A stretch of DNA of 32,000 nucleotides from Pseudomonadales bacterium. Its GTDB lineage: Bacteria > Pseudomonadota > Gammaproteobacteria > Pseudomonadales > Azotimanducaceae. Positions 16,948 through 26,944 of the stretch are shown here, piece by piece (position 1 is the first letter of the stretch; each line of letters begins with the position of its first letter). The stretch lies in NCBI GenBank assembly GCA_019090615.1, contig JAHRVQ010000052.1:65938-97937 (forward strand), given 5' to 3'. The translations under genes and the position numbers were made by a program. The notes beneath the pieces were generated by a model that saw nothing but the letters and a program-made list of their open reading frames with translations, ran no database searches and was not told where the DNA came from.

Positions 16948-16975
16948 CTAACAATAACATCCTAACAATAACATC
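16948..16975. repeat. 14-bp direct repeat x2 (ctaacaataacatc), 53-80 nt upstream of the 153-aa gene start
   Basis: Direct reading ctaacaataacatcctaacaataacatc. Confidence 0.8.
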
Positions 16976-17116
16976 ATTTTTTGTGACGTACGAGCCTATA
17001 GCAGGCCACAGGTCTGCTGTGCAGAATACACGTTTTAAATTTGATTTTATGTTAAGTACGGCACGGCAATATTTGACAGGCGAAACTGATCAGGCCTCTT
17101 TATTATCTGCAGCAAT

Positions 17117-20104
17117 CTAACCATCAAGTAAACGCCTAACCCGGGCCAACAGTTCTTGCATACTATAGGGTTTTGCGAGAACACTATAACTCGACCTGGC
17201 ACTCTGCTGTTCACCAGATTTTGCCGCATCAAAGCCACTAATTAGCTGTATTTTTATATCTGGATAGTCGGCACTAACTTTAGCAGCTAGCTGGTGACCA
17301 TCCATGCCAGGCATTATAACATCAGAAAGTAGCAGATCTACTTTGTTTAAAGCCAGCACGCCAAGTGCATCAGCGCCATTACTGGCGCATAATACTTTAT
17401 AACCCTGCCGACCCAGTACATCCATAGCCAGACTAAGCAGCCCTGGTTCGTCATCTACAACCAGGATAGTTTCATTACCCGTAAAACTTGAACGCGCCAC
17501 CTGTACCGGTTTTTGCGCCGGTTCTGCGTTCGCGCCATAACGAGGAAAATACAGAATAAATGTACTACCATGGTTCAGCTTACTACGCACATGAATAGCG
17601 CCGTCACTACGCTTAACAAAACCATAAACCTGGCTCAAACCCATGCCGGTGCCCTGCTCTCCTTTGGTGGTAAAAAACGGTTCAAAAATATGGCCCAGGG
17701 TCTCGTCATCCATACCGACGCCTGTGTCGGTCACTTCAAGGCGAACATATTCTCCGCCAACAGCCAGGTCAACTAATTGCGCCTCAGTCATGGACAATAT
17801 CTGATTAGAGGTTTTAACAGCCAGAGAACCGTTGCCGGAAGTCGCATACATAGCATTAAGACAAAGATTCATTACCGCGTCTTCGAAATCCCCCGCGTCA
17901 ATAAACACCTGCCAGAGATCAACACCCAGGTCCATTTTTATTTCGATTCTGGCAGTTAGAACCTTTTCAACCATATGGCGCTGATCACGCAATATGACAT
18001 TGACATTTACAGCCGCAGCCTCAACAGGTTTGCTTTTGGAAAATGCCAGCAATTTTTGAGTTAGTTTTACACCCCGCTGCCCGGCATGGCGAATATGCTC
18101 AACATACCCGCCAAGAGTGGCATCACTACGCAAGTCTTCTTCTAACAATTCGGTAAAGCCAAGCACCATACTCAGCATATTATTGTAATCATGTGCAATG
18201 CCACCCGTCAGTTTACCCAGGGCATCCATTTTTTGGCTACGCCGCAGCTGCTCCTCAGTTTTTTTCTCCGATGACAGATCATGAAAAGTTGCAACAAACC
18301 GTCGGCGGCCATCTTCAGTCTCAGGCAGGGTAGCCACAGACAGACGTATCGGCATCAATTGGCCATTTTTGTTGACCACCGAAACTTCATGGGCCCGACC
18401 CAGAACCTGGCTTTTTCCGTGTATTAAATAATCCTCTAAAAAGTCAAGGTATCGTTGCCCAGTACTTTCCGGCATCAATTGAGAAAAGCTTTCACCTACA
18501 ATTTCATTCACCGAATAGCCAAACATTTGCGCCGCCGAAGAATTAACGTTTAACACCACACCCGCTTCATCAAAAGACACCACCGCATCCATCATGTTTT
18601 CAAGCATCTGCTCCTGTTCCTGCTGCTGTCTGCGATTTTTCTCCTCGGCTTGAACCTGCACTGTGATATCAACCACCAGCGATGTAATACCAACAACCTG
18701 TTCATCCACATCAACCAGCGCAGTATTCAACCACTCACAAATTATCAAATCGCCATTTTTGGTAATATTTTTAATGGGCCGATTAATGAAAGAACGATTT
18801 GCTAGAATTTCCTGTATTCTTACAGAAATATCTGACCGACGATCGGCTGGAACAATCAATTCAGTAGCACTGTTACCCACAGCCTCCTGACGAGTATAAC
18901 CAAAAATCCTTTCTGCAGCAGGGTTCCATGCCGTTATATTGGCATCAAGGTCCAACTCAACAACACCTAATGGCGTTTGCTCAACATATAACCGCAGCCG
19001 CTTTTGATTATCCCGCAATATTCGCCGCATTAGGTACTGGCTTGTTTCGTCACGGAACACCAGTATGGCACCAATGACCAGCTCGCCATTACGAATGGGC
19101 GCAGCACTATCGGCGACCTGATACTCTTTATTATCCCTTGTCACCAAGGTGCGATTATTGCTAAGCGTAACTGTCTCACCAGTTGCTATCGCTTCATGCA
19201 CCGGACAAGGGGTTTTTTCATGGGTCGCGGCATCAAAAACAGGAAAAACATCCAGGATAGACTGACCTATCGCAGCAACCGAAGGCCAACCCGTTAAGCG
19301 CTCAGCAACAGGGTTCATTCTGGTCACCTTGCCATTTCGGTCAGTCGCGATAACACCATCGCCAATACTATCGAGAGTCAGAGCCAGGTTTTCCTCGCTG
19401 GCGCTTAAGGATAACACTGACTTATGGAGTTGAAATTGCATAGTGGCCAGCGCTTCCACCAGCATATCCAGTTCGTCAGGCAGCCTCGATGGGTTATCAC
19501 GTCGATCCAGTACTAATGGATTTTCAATATTCGACAGCTCCAGTTGACGAGCAAATATCGCAATGCTGCGAAGATGGCGGGTAATGCCACGATTCACTAA
19601 TAACAACACCACGCCAGCGACAAAAGATGTTTGTAAGGCAATCAGCAAAATTACCAGGAAGGCATTTGCAAACAGGGATTCATAAACATCAGAGCTTGAT
19701 GCCTCGATAACAAGCTCACCAATTTCTCGAGGCTCGGCGTGAAATGGATATACAATAGGCAACCGCCTAGTTATCAAATTGGCGCTGGGATGTTTGCCCG
19801 CTTCTATTAATAACTGCCCCTGCGCCATCACAGCCACGTATTCAATGGACTTAAGTTTTAATAAGCCGGCCAGGTCGAGTTGCAATGATTCAATATCAGC
19901 GACCCATACTCTAGCACCAATACCCGCCAGATAACTGCCTTCCACTTCCTCCAGTTGCAATGTTATGTTAGCTATTTCCTTCTGCCAACGTAAATATAAA
20001 TACGCGCCAGAGGTCAACAGGGTCACTACAATACTGATCAACACCACCGCTAAAGCCAGCTGCCGTGCTAACGAACCCGTTTTAGAATCACTCAGCCTGC
20101 TCAT
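17117..20104 (-). CDS. Hybrid sensor histidine kinase (two TM helices, HAMP-like linker, multiple PAS, HisKA, HATPase_c, receiver)
   Basis: 995 aa. The H-box is GGIAHDYNNMLSMVLGFTELL and the G-boxes are DTGVGMDDETLGHIFEPFFTTKGEQGTGMGLSQVYG. The C-terminal receiver reads ILVVDDEPGLL...DLLLSDVIMPGMDG. PAS-like repeats include DGVIATDRNGKVTRMNPVAERLTGW and TAWNPAAERIFGY. Confidence 0.9.
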   Translation of the reverse strand: MSRLSDSKTGSLARQLALAVVLISIVVTLLTSGAYLYLRWQKEIANITLQLEEVEGSYLAGIGARVWVADIESLQLDLAGLLKLKSIEYVAVMAQGQLLIEAGKHPSANLITRRLPIVYPFHAEPREIGELVIEASSSDVYESLFANAFLVILLIALQTSFVAGVVLLLVNRGITRHLRSIAIFARQLELSNIENPLVLDRRDNPSRLPDELDMLVEALATMQFQLHKSVLSLSASEENLALTLDSIGDGVIATDRNGKVTRMNPVAERLTGWPSVAAIGQSILDVFPVFDAATHEKTPCPVHEAIATGETVTLSNNRTLVTRDNKEYQVADSAAPIRNGELVIGAILVFRDETSQYLMRRILRDNQKRLRLYVEQTPLGVVELDLDANITAWNPAAERIFGYTRQEAVGNSATELIVPADRRSDISVRIQEILANRSFINRPIKNITKNGDLIICEWLNTALVDVDEQVVGITSLVVDITVQVQAEEKNRRQQQEQEQMLENMMDAVVSFDEAGVVLNVNSSAAQMFGYSVNEIVGESFSQLMPESTGQRYLDFLEDYLIHGKSQVLGRAHEVSVVNKNGQLMPIRLSVATLPETEDGRRRFVATFHDLSSEKKTEEQLRRSQKMDALGKLTGGIAHDYNNMLSMVLGFTELLEEDLRSDATLGGYVEHIRHAGQRGVKLTQKLLAFSKSKPVEAAAVNVNVILRDQRHMVEKVLTARIEIKMDLGVDLWQVFIDAGDFEDAVMNLCLNAMYATSGNGSLAVKTSNQILSMTEAQLVDLAVGGEYVRLEVTDTGVGMDDETLGHIFEPFFTTKGEQGTGMGLSQVYGFVKRSDGAIHVRSKLNHGSTFILYFPRYGANAEPAQKPVQVARSSFTGNETILVVDDEPGLLSLAMDVLGRQGYKVLCASNGADALGVLALNKVDLLLSDVIMPGMDGHQLAAKVSADYPDIKIQLISGFDAAKSGEQQSARSSYSVLAKPYSMQELLARVRRLLDG

Positions 20105-20148
20105 ATAGCTTTATACCCTACGGCCCAATACCCAACAACCTATTTTGG

Positions 20149-21333
20149 CTATATGACCTTATCCCCTGTCAGCTGATCAATTTCATCAGCTGGCAGGCCC
20201 AGCCAATCTGCATAAACTTCGTGATTGTTCGCGCCAACTTCAGGGAAAAATGTGATTTCACTCGACTCATAATCAGAAAACCTGATCGGGCTGGCGGGCA
20301 ATACAATATCTCCCATATCCGGATGGTCCATATGCTTTAACATGCCCCGCGCATGTAAATGTGGGTCTTCCCGTACTTCGTCAATTTCACGCACTGGCGC
20401 TACCGGCACACGCTGCTCGCGCATCATGTTGTAGGCTTCGTCTCGCGTCAGCTGCTGGCTCCAGGATTCAATAATGTCGTTCACTCGGTCTTCAATTTTT
20501 TTCCTTTTTCCTGAACTGGAAAATTCAGGATCCTGCAACAGATCGTCCCTGCCGACGACCTTTAAAATACTCGCCCAATGTCCTTCACTGACAGTAATGA
20601 TCGCGATCCAGCCATCTTTACACCGATATCTACCGTACGGACACGCACTTGAAGGCGATCGGGCACTACTGCGCTCAGGCGTTTTACCAAATGTATGGAA
20701 ATAGGTCAGCTCTGACGACAGGGTAAAATACATTGATTCCAGCATCGAGACCTCCACCAGGGTGCCCTTGCCAGTGCGGACCCGACCCAGCAATGCTGTC
20801 AAGGTACCTGAATACATTTGCGCCCCACCCATAATATCGCAAGGTGCGCCACCGGCTCTTGCGGGCGGCCGATCCATATCACCGGTAGCCCCCATAATCC
20901 CGCTAGCGGCCTGAATAGTATGATCCATTGCCAACAAATCCCGATCAGGGCCGGATAAGCCATAACCCGTGCCAGAGACGTAAACCAGACTCGGGTTTAT
21001 TTTCTTCAGTACTTCCCAACCGATGTCGAGGCGATCCATGGTGCCAGGCGCATAGTTTTCCAGCAACACGTCTGCCTTGACCACCAGATCTTTTAATAAC
21101 TGTTTGCCTCGGCTATGTTTCAGGTCCAACGTGATGCTCTTTTTGTTCGAATTGAGCATCGCAAATGCCATGGGTGTACGACTACCCCCAGCACCGCGCA
21201 GACGTTCCCCAGCGCGGGGTTCAACTTTAATCACCTCCGCACCTGCCATTGCCATTAGAAATGCTGCATAGGGGCCCTGGTATATCTGGGTGAGATCCAG
21301 GACACGAATTCCTTCAAGGGGTTTATCAGTCAT
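20149..21333 (-). CDS. Family III CoA-transferase (CaiB/BaiF-like)
   Basis: The N-terminus MTDKPLEGIRVLDLTQIYQGPYAAFLMAMAGAEVIKVEP is the family signature. The ORF track extends to 21408, but the Met at 21333 has an upstream GGAG and matches the usual family start. Confidence 0.88.
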   Translation of the reverse strand: MTDKPLEGIRVLDLTQIYQGPYAAFLMAMAGAEVIKVEPRAGERLRGAGGSRTPMAFAMLNSNKKSITLDLKHSRGKQLLKDLVVKADVLLENYAPGTMDRLDIGWEVLKKINPSLVYVSGTGYGLSGPDRDLLAMDHTIQAASGIMGATGDMDRPPARAGGAPCDIMGGAQMYSGTLTALLGRVRTGKGTLVEVSMLESMYFTLSSELTYFHTFGKTPERSSARSPSSACPYGRYRCKDGWIAIITVSEGHWASILKVVGRDDLLQDPEFSSSGKRKKIEDRVNDIIESWSQQLTRDEAYNMMREQRVPVAPVREIDEVREDPHLHARGMLKHMDHPDMGDIVLPASPIRFSDYESSEITFFPEVGANNHEVYADWLGLPADEIDQLTGDKVI

Positions 21334-21589
21334 AATTTCACAAGGCTCCAGGCTTAAAGCTATCCGACAGGTTAATGCCTGTTGGAAAAGGTGCAGATCG
21401 AAAGACAAAATTGTCTTCTCACCGGCTAAATAGCCGCCAGTGATACTTTTGTACTAACACCAATTAATTTGGCCTACGAATTAACCACCTTTTGTTATCA
21501 TCGTCAACATATTGCATGACTACCCTTTGACATTGGCTAACGCCTTAGCCGGCAAATTTTAACAACTTTTTTTAACAACTTTAGTTGCC

Positions 21590-22189
21590 ATGGCAGAAAT
21601 AAACCTTAATCATCCCTTACCTAATGTTGAACAGGCGTTATGGCCGATGAAAACACTCCCCGATCTACTCGCCCCCAATCTGCGTATACTCTCTGTGGGT
21701 ATTAACCCCTCCTTGCGGGCGGTGCAAGAAGCGTTTTATTTCCCTAATCCGCGCAATCGCTTCTGGCCCGCGCTCAACGCCTCAGGGTTGTTAGCGGAAC
21801 CACTGCTGCCCTCTCCTGCTGCCATGCAAATTTTGTTAACACAATATCGTATTGGCTTCACTGACCTGGTTAAAAAACCCTCCAGTATGGCCACCGCACT
21901 ACGCGCCGCTGATTACCGCGAAGCTGCGCCCCTATTGAAGCAACGGGTGCTTGAGCTGGAACCCGCGATTGTCTGGTTTCATGGCAAGCTGGTGTTAAAT
22001 AATTATCTTAAATATACCGACGCGAACCAGGCAGATAAGCAGCCTACCCGCTGGGGCCTACAAGCTGTTGGTATTGGGACCAGCCAGCTATATGTGTCGC
22101 CCAATCCAAGCCCTGCCAATGCGCAATTTTCGCTGCAATACCTGACCGAAAGTTATCATCAGCTCAGCCTGTTAAACAAAGAAATTTAA
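21590..22189 (+). CDS. mug: G/U mismatch-specific uracil-DNA glycosylase (Mug/TDG family)
   Basis: LLAPNLRILSVGINPSLRAV, NRFWPAL, GFTDLVKKP and LYVSPNPSPANA are collinear with the E. coli Mug motifs (GINPG, NRFW, PNPSG). The start could instead be the Met at 21647. Confidence 0.85.
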   Translation: MAEINLNHPLPNVEQALWPMKTLPDLLAPNLRILSVGINPSLRAVQEAFYFPNPRNRFWPALNASGLLAEPLLPSPAAMQILLTQYRIGFTDLVKKPSSMATALRAADYREAAPLLKQRVLELEPAIVWFHGKLVLNNYLKYTDANQADKQPTRWGLQAVGIGTSQLYVSPNPSPANAQFSLQYLTESYHQLSLLNKEI

Positions 22190-22385
22190 ATCCATCTTGG
22201 CTATCAGGTAATGATGGTTAACATCCACCCTGTTGCCGAGTGAATAACAGGCCTGGCCCTGTCAAGACAAGTATTATCGACGCCGGTGCCGGTACTGGTT
22301 TAAGCCCAGGTGAAATCATAAAATCAAAGGCGTAAGTGACCTCAATGGTCGCTTCAACCCAGGTTCGACAGATTTCCTGGCATCG

Positions 22386-22850
22386 ATGGCATTAGCGGCG
22401 ACAGCCCTGGGAGGCGTTTTCGCGGAATATCATATTGCGTCGCAAACAGAAGCCTACAAATTTTACAACGCCGCATCAAACGCACCGGTCGCGATAGACG
22501 TTGCCGGCCCACAGAACTTCGTAGCAGATTTGCCAGCATTTTATTCCGACGGTTTTTTCGGCGCCAATAAAACTGCCGTCGAAGATATCGTATGGTTTTT
22601 AAGCGACGAAGATCTTGATGCAGGTAAAATTATATTCCATAAACCAGACGCATTCGCACCGCCTTCATTTAAACCGTTTGTGAGTATTGCTGACAATTCC
22701 AATACCTTTGCGATGTTCGATACAACCGTTTCAATTAGCTGGTTGCTGGTAGCAGATAACGCCGGCGCGGGCCTCCCAGGCCCCTCACCCCTGGCGCTTA
22801 TGGCCCTGGGCTTAATCGGTCTTGGTGCATCGCGGCGTAGATCAGCGTGA
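22386..22850 (+). CDS. Paralog 1 of a family with a PEP-CTERM-like C-terminal sorting tail; apparently 5'-truncated (no signal peptide)
   Basis: The tail is LPGPSPLALMALGLIGLGASRRRSA (proline motif, TM helix, Arg cluster). The family motif FAEYHIASQTEAYKFYN is present. The frame is open only back to 22314, and no signal peptide occurs in any upstream frame. Confidence 0.55.
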   Translation: MALAATALGGVFAEYHIASQTEAYKFYNAASNAPVAIDVAGPQNFVADLPAFYSDGFFGANKTAVEDIVWFLSDEDLDAGKIIFHKPDAFAPPSFKPFVSIADNSNTFAMFDTTVSISWLLVADNAGAGLPGPSPLALMALGLIGLGASRRRSA

Positions 22851-22920
22851 CATTAAGCGCACTTAAACCGGCGGCACACCAATGCCGCCAAGGTTTAACC
22901 TAACCAGCCAGCGCAATATG

Positions 22921-23180
22921 CCAGTTATCCGTTAGCCATAAACTTCAAAGGCACGCTGGAGAAATAATAACCCAGCCAATCAAAGCCCTTGCCGATTTTA
23001 TGGCCTATTCTGTCGGGAAATTTTACTGGTTGCTTTTAGAACAAAATTACATACCAACCTTGTTTTCATCCGACATTTACGCCAAGCCTCGTTCAGGCAC
23101 CGTTCATTTTGGCGATATCCGCGCAAAAACTGACGAATTTCCTTACAACCTCTAACCTGCAGCCTAGGTCACACAACAAC
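22921..23180. repeat. About 260-bp segmental repeat, copy 1 (partner 25837..26097; short third remnant near 27768..27800)
   Basis: By-eye alignment is collinear, without indels over most of the length, at roughly 85-90 percent identity. Confidence 0.8.
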
Positions 23181-23304
23181 AACTGATATATATATAAATT
23201 TAGTCTGCTATCTCAACAATTTATAAGCAAGAATAATAACTGGCGGTCACTCCTGGCCGGCATATCTATCACCTGCACCTCTGAAAAGACAGACGTTAGA
23301 GGTT

Positions 23305-23332
23305 AAAACTGTCGATATTATTTACAAAAACC
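23305..23332. repeat. 28-nt perfect direct repeat, copy 1 (aaaactgtcgatattatttacaaaaacc)
   Basis: The identical string occurs at 28052..28079. Weaker similarity continues for about 15 nt further. Confidence 0.85.
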
Positions 23333-23581
23333 CATGAATTCAGACTAGTAATGCACGGAACAACGTGGCCACTCGGGTCACCTACCCCAGCATGATGAAT
23401 CCGGCTGACCGTTAATAACTATAAATTCGAAAGCGATTCTTCGACAACCGTCTGGATTCAATTTTTGCTATGACCCAAATATTAAATTGCATGAGTGGGC
23501 ACTCAACACGATATTGAAACCGCTCCTGTGCCTAGCATTCAGCACGCCATGCGATCAGACGGGATTAATACAGGTAATTAT

Positions 23582-24292
23582 TTACTGACAGCTTTGCTTC
23601 GTATTCGTCCCAGCAAGCCAGGCGAACCCCAGCAGCAGTAGAAAAACACCACTGGGCGCAGGCACCTGAACTGGAGCGAATTCGACAGTCAACATCGGCC
23701 GATGATTAACAACAGAATAATTGTCTGTATAAAAGTAAGCCTGGTCTCCAGACAGGACTTCAATCAGCACGCCGAAGTTACTCGCGCCGTTGGACCACTG
23801 CTGCACGAGACTAGTAATATCGACAGCAAAACTCATGGCCGACGCATTTGGTAAAAATGTGCCTACTATCGGACCCCAGACGGCCTCTAACGCAGCAGAA
23901 CTTGTAGCCCCGGCGAAGGAATTGAACGTCACCGTCGCAGGATCCCAATCAATGATTGGACTATGTACATTCTGCACTGCGTTGGAACCCGAAAACGGGT
24001 GGGATGTAGTTGTCAACGTCAGTGTCGCATTTGTGATCACAGCACTATTGTCAACCTGGTTTACGCCGCTACCAAATACGTCATTAAAACGCACCAGGGA
24101 TGCAAAGGCCGAACCACCCGTATACATCTCGTCTTCAGAGTCAAAGTTTGTATTTGCGTTGCCTGTGGCATAGATATAGGTGGCATCGTTTCCTGCATAG
24201 CCATTTGCGCCTTCCTGAAAGGATATAACAACGGCGTTGGCGGCAGAAGAAAATAGCATCATTAGAAAAATTGCTTTGATATTATGATTCAT
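23582..24292 (-). CDS. Secreted protein with a divergent PEP-CTERM-like tail; the N-terminal domain resembles DNRLRE-type domains
   Basis: I prefer the ATG at 24292 (MNHNIKAIFLMMLFSSAANA signal peptide) over the GTG at 24316. SLVRFNDVFGSG...VITNATLTLTT follows the DNRLRE-like pattern. The C-terminus is VPAPSGVFLLLLGFAWLAG. Confidence 0.7.
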   Translation of the reverse strand: MNHNIKAIFLMMLFSSAANAVVISFQEGANGYAGNDATYIYATGNANTNFDSEDEMYTGGSAFASLVRFNDVFGSGVNQVDNSAVITNATLTLTTTSHPFSGSNAVQNVHSPIIDWDPATVTFNSFAGATSSAALEAVWGPIVGTFLPNASAMSFAVDITSLVQQWSNGASNFGVLIEVLSGDQAYFYTDNYSVVNHRPMLTVEFAPVQVPAPSGVFLLLLGFAWLAGTNTKQSCQ

Positions 24293-25061
24293 CTCACTCT
24301 CAATATTTTGTTTCACAGGGTTAGTTACAAATTGATAGCAATATTTGCGCCAACGGCATTGAAACCATTATAAAACAGACACTTACAATTCAGACTATCA
24401 ATTACATACTTCTGAAAACCCCGATAGTGTAAGGCATACCGACATTATTGGTCTTAGCGTAGTAGCTATATTGATATTGTCAGCTATAGGCAATGTACGC
24501 GGAAGCGGGCCAACGCCCAATTGTCCACGCACCAACAGGGCGATTCTAGTCGCAAATTTAGGAGTAGGCGAAACAGCACCGGGGCCCACATGGGCACCAG
24601 TAATAGGCGCGTAATCGCAATAAGGCACAGACCAAGTTTAAGTCTTTTTTTAATGCACCGCCCAGACTTTCCTGGTATGACACCCCGTATCTGTTAGACC
24701 CAGCCCCCTATACAAAAAATGAGGCTTAATCACTTTGCCTGGCTTCCTTTACACATTCACGCATTCACTCGATAGACAGGCCATCGATAATCCGCTTGGT
24801 GACCGACCATCGCCGTACACACTGGATTGAGGTCCATATATCCTTACCAACAAAGTAAGCGCCACGGGAAAAAGATTCACCCCGTTAGCCCTTCGGGTTG
24901 TATGGTGATCAACCAGGAATCAAGTCATTTGCTTCTTGACAGCCTTGCCTCGATTTTACGATAAGATTATTTTGCAACTGTTACGACTTTTCGACAAACC
25001 TTAACAACCTTTCTAACTGTTGGTGAAATACCTCGATAGGTCATGCTTCTCCGATACACCT

Positions 25062-25175
25062 GCGCGGGCGTCCCAGACCCCTCACCCCTGGCGCTTATGG
25101 CCCTGGGCTTAATCGATCTTGGTGCATCACGGCGTAGATCAGCGTGACGTTAAGCTCACTTAAACCGGCGGTACA
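25062..25175 (+). pseudogene. Orphan 3' fragment (sorting tail, stop and downstream flank) copied from paralog 1
   Basis: gcgcgggcgtcccagacccctcacccctggcgcttatggccctgggcttaatcgatcttggtgcatcacggcgtagatcagcgtgacgttaagctcacttaaaccggcgg matches 22765..22878 with a few mismatches. Nothing homologous lies upstream of it. Confidence 0.75.
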
Positions 25176-25187
25176 GGGTGTCTTAAT

Positions 25188-25727
25188 TTGGCCTCAGCCA
25201 AAGATCTCACTTATGCAGAAACGCTAACCACAACCGGTATAGGGGGTGATTTCGAGGCATTCCACATTGCTTCGCAGAGCGAGGCTTACACATTTTACAA
25301 CTCTCTCGGGGTTGCTTCCCCTGCCGTAGATGTAATCGGACAGCAGAATATTTCCAGTTTAATTAGCCCAGTCGAAGACGGCGTTTTTGGCCACAGTGCT
25401 GGCCCAAACGCGGATTTAGCATGGTTCCTGTCGGACGAAGCACCCGAATTTGCCGACCATATCCGCTTATTTGACCTTAATACGACATCAAGCCAAGTCG
25501 CGATCGACGATCATAGCCGGACGATAATCAATACCGACGCATACTCCATTGGCGGCTCATCAGCGTTTCTCGCCACCGGCTGGCTATTGGTCGGCGACGC
25601 GAGCACCCCAAGCCCAAGCACTACCAGCACCGGAGTTCCAGCCCCCGCACCACTCGCCCTTATGGCCCTGGGCTTACTCGGTCTCGGCGCATCGCGTCGT
25701 AAATCAGCGTCCGTTAAGCGCACTTAA
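25188..25727 (+). CDS. Paralog 2 of the PEP-CTERM-like family; apparently 5'-truncated (TTG start in the ORF track, no signal peptide)
   Basis: The family motif FEAFHIASQSEAYTFYN is present, and the tail is VPAPAPLALMALGLLGLGASRRKS. The ORF begins 13 nt after the orphan tail fragment. Confidence 0.55.
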   Translation: MASAKDLTYAETLTTTGIGGDFEAFHIASQSEAYTFYNSLGVASPAVDVIGQQNISSLISPVEDGVFGHSAGPNADLAWFLSDEAPEFADHIRLFDLNTTSSQVAIDDHSRTIINTDAYSIGGSSAFLATGWLLVGDASTPSPSTTSTGVPAPAPLALMALGLLGLGASRRKSASVKRT

Positions 25728-25786
25728 CCCAACGTTTCAACAACACCAACACCAACACCAACAACGTTTAATAACCGCCCAGCACT

Positions 25787-25816
25787 AAAGCCATCTCATT
25801 TGAGGCGGCTTTTTTA
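25787..25816 (+). terminator. Probable rho-independent terminator after paralog 2
   Basis: aaagccatctcatttgaggcggcttttttatt has aagcc/ggctt arms followed by a T run. Confidence 0.5.
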
Positions 25817-25836
25817 TTACGCTACCACCCGCTAAG

Positions 25837-26097
25837 CCAGTTACCCGATGGCAGCTAGTATCAAAGGCGCCCTGGAGAAATAATAACCCAGCTACTCAAA
25901 GCCCTTGCCGATTTTACGGCTTATTCTGCCGGGAAATTTTACTGGTTATTTTTAGAGCAAAATCGCATAACGACCTTGTTTTCATCCGACATATACGCCA
26001 ATCCTCGCTCAGGCACCGTTCATTTTAGCGATTTCCGCGCAAAAACTGACGAATTTATTTACAACATCTAACCCGCAGCCTAGGTCACCGAACAACA
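25837..26097. repeat. About 260-bp segmental repeat, copy 2 (partner 22921..23180)
   Basis: See the partner feature. Confidence 0.8.
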
Positions 26098-26115
26098 GAG
26101 AAATATTAAATTAAA

Positions 26116-26175
26116 CTGGGATGGGCGCTCGCAATTTCACTACGTGAATTTGCTGTTGCCTTTGTGGGTTGGGTT
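26116..26175. repeat. 60-nt repeat, copy 1 (partner 29397..29456)
   Basis: ctgggatgggcgctcgcaatttcactacgtgaatttgctgttgcctttgtgggttgggtt compares with ctggatggggcgctcgcaatttcactgcgtgaatttgctgttacctttgtggactgggtt. Confidence 0.8.
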
Positions 26176-26944
26176 GAAGTGGGTAGACTAACTTGATTAC
26201 TACTGTTGCTGGCCAACAGAACTACAACGATTGCATTAAACGGGTTAGTGATTCTGGTTTCATAGACTTTCAAGCTGAACACTATGACGGGAATACTGTA
26301 AGAAAATTCCTGGCAGAGATAGCAGATCAATTCACACTAACTAATAAGCCAGGCCCGGTCGCCTGATTGTCCGGCAATCAAACCACACCATAAAAACATC
26401 AGCATTAACACACTGGTTTTGTATAGTCAGTGGCATCTAATATCACAAGGAATAAGCAATTGGGTAATGTCACAGAACTAAGCTCAAACGTAGATGAAGC
26501 TATGGTTAGGTGTTTGGGGGACTTACAGGTAGATGTCCTGAATAACCGCTTATTAAGGTACGGCAACAATCGCCGTAGCTAAAAACAGCCCCGCCCGCAC
26601 TCGCATCACGGAAGGCGACCATACTATAGTAATCGGCAAGAGGACCACGTCTAGGACCGAATTAACATTCTATACGGAAGGCATCCGGGTACCCCAAGGT
26701 GCATTTATATAGGCCCGCATCCCTCGAAAGATTAACCCGGTACGGTCACTATGCGCGTTGGCACTGGATAATTATCCATTAGTGCAGTCAGGTCTCTCCC
26801 AGTACATGCGCCCCTTTTAACCGCATTTGTTTCCACGGGCCGCATATGAAAGCCTTAGGCCCGCTTTTACGGCACGTATTTTGCTCGCATATTACACGCG
26901 TACCCAATCACATTAGATTCCATATTAATACAGGACACACGTAC

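Noticed and set aside
21334-21408. A 25-codon N-terminal extension of the CoA-transferase in the ORF track (MSFDLHLFQQ...).
   Set aside because: The family signature begins right after the internal Met at 21333, which has an upstream GGAG. The extension has no counterpart in CaiB/BaiF-type proteins as I know them.
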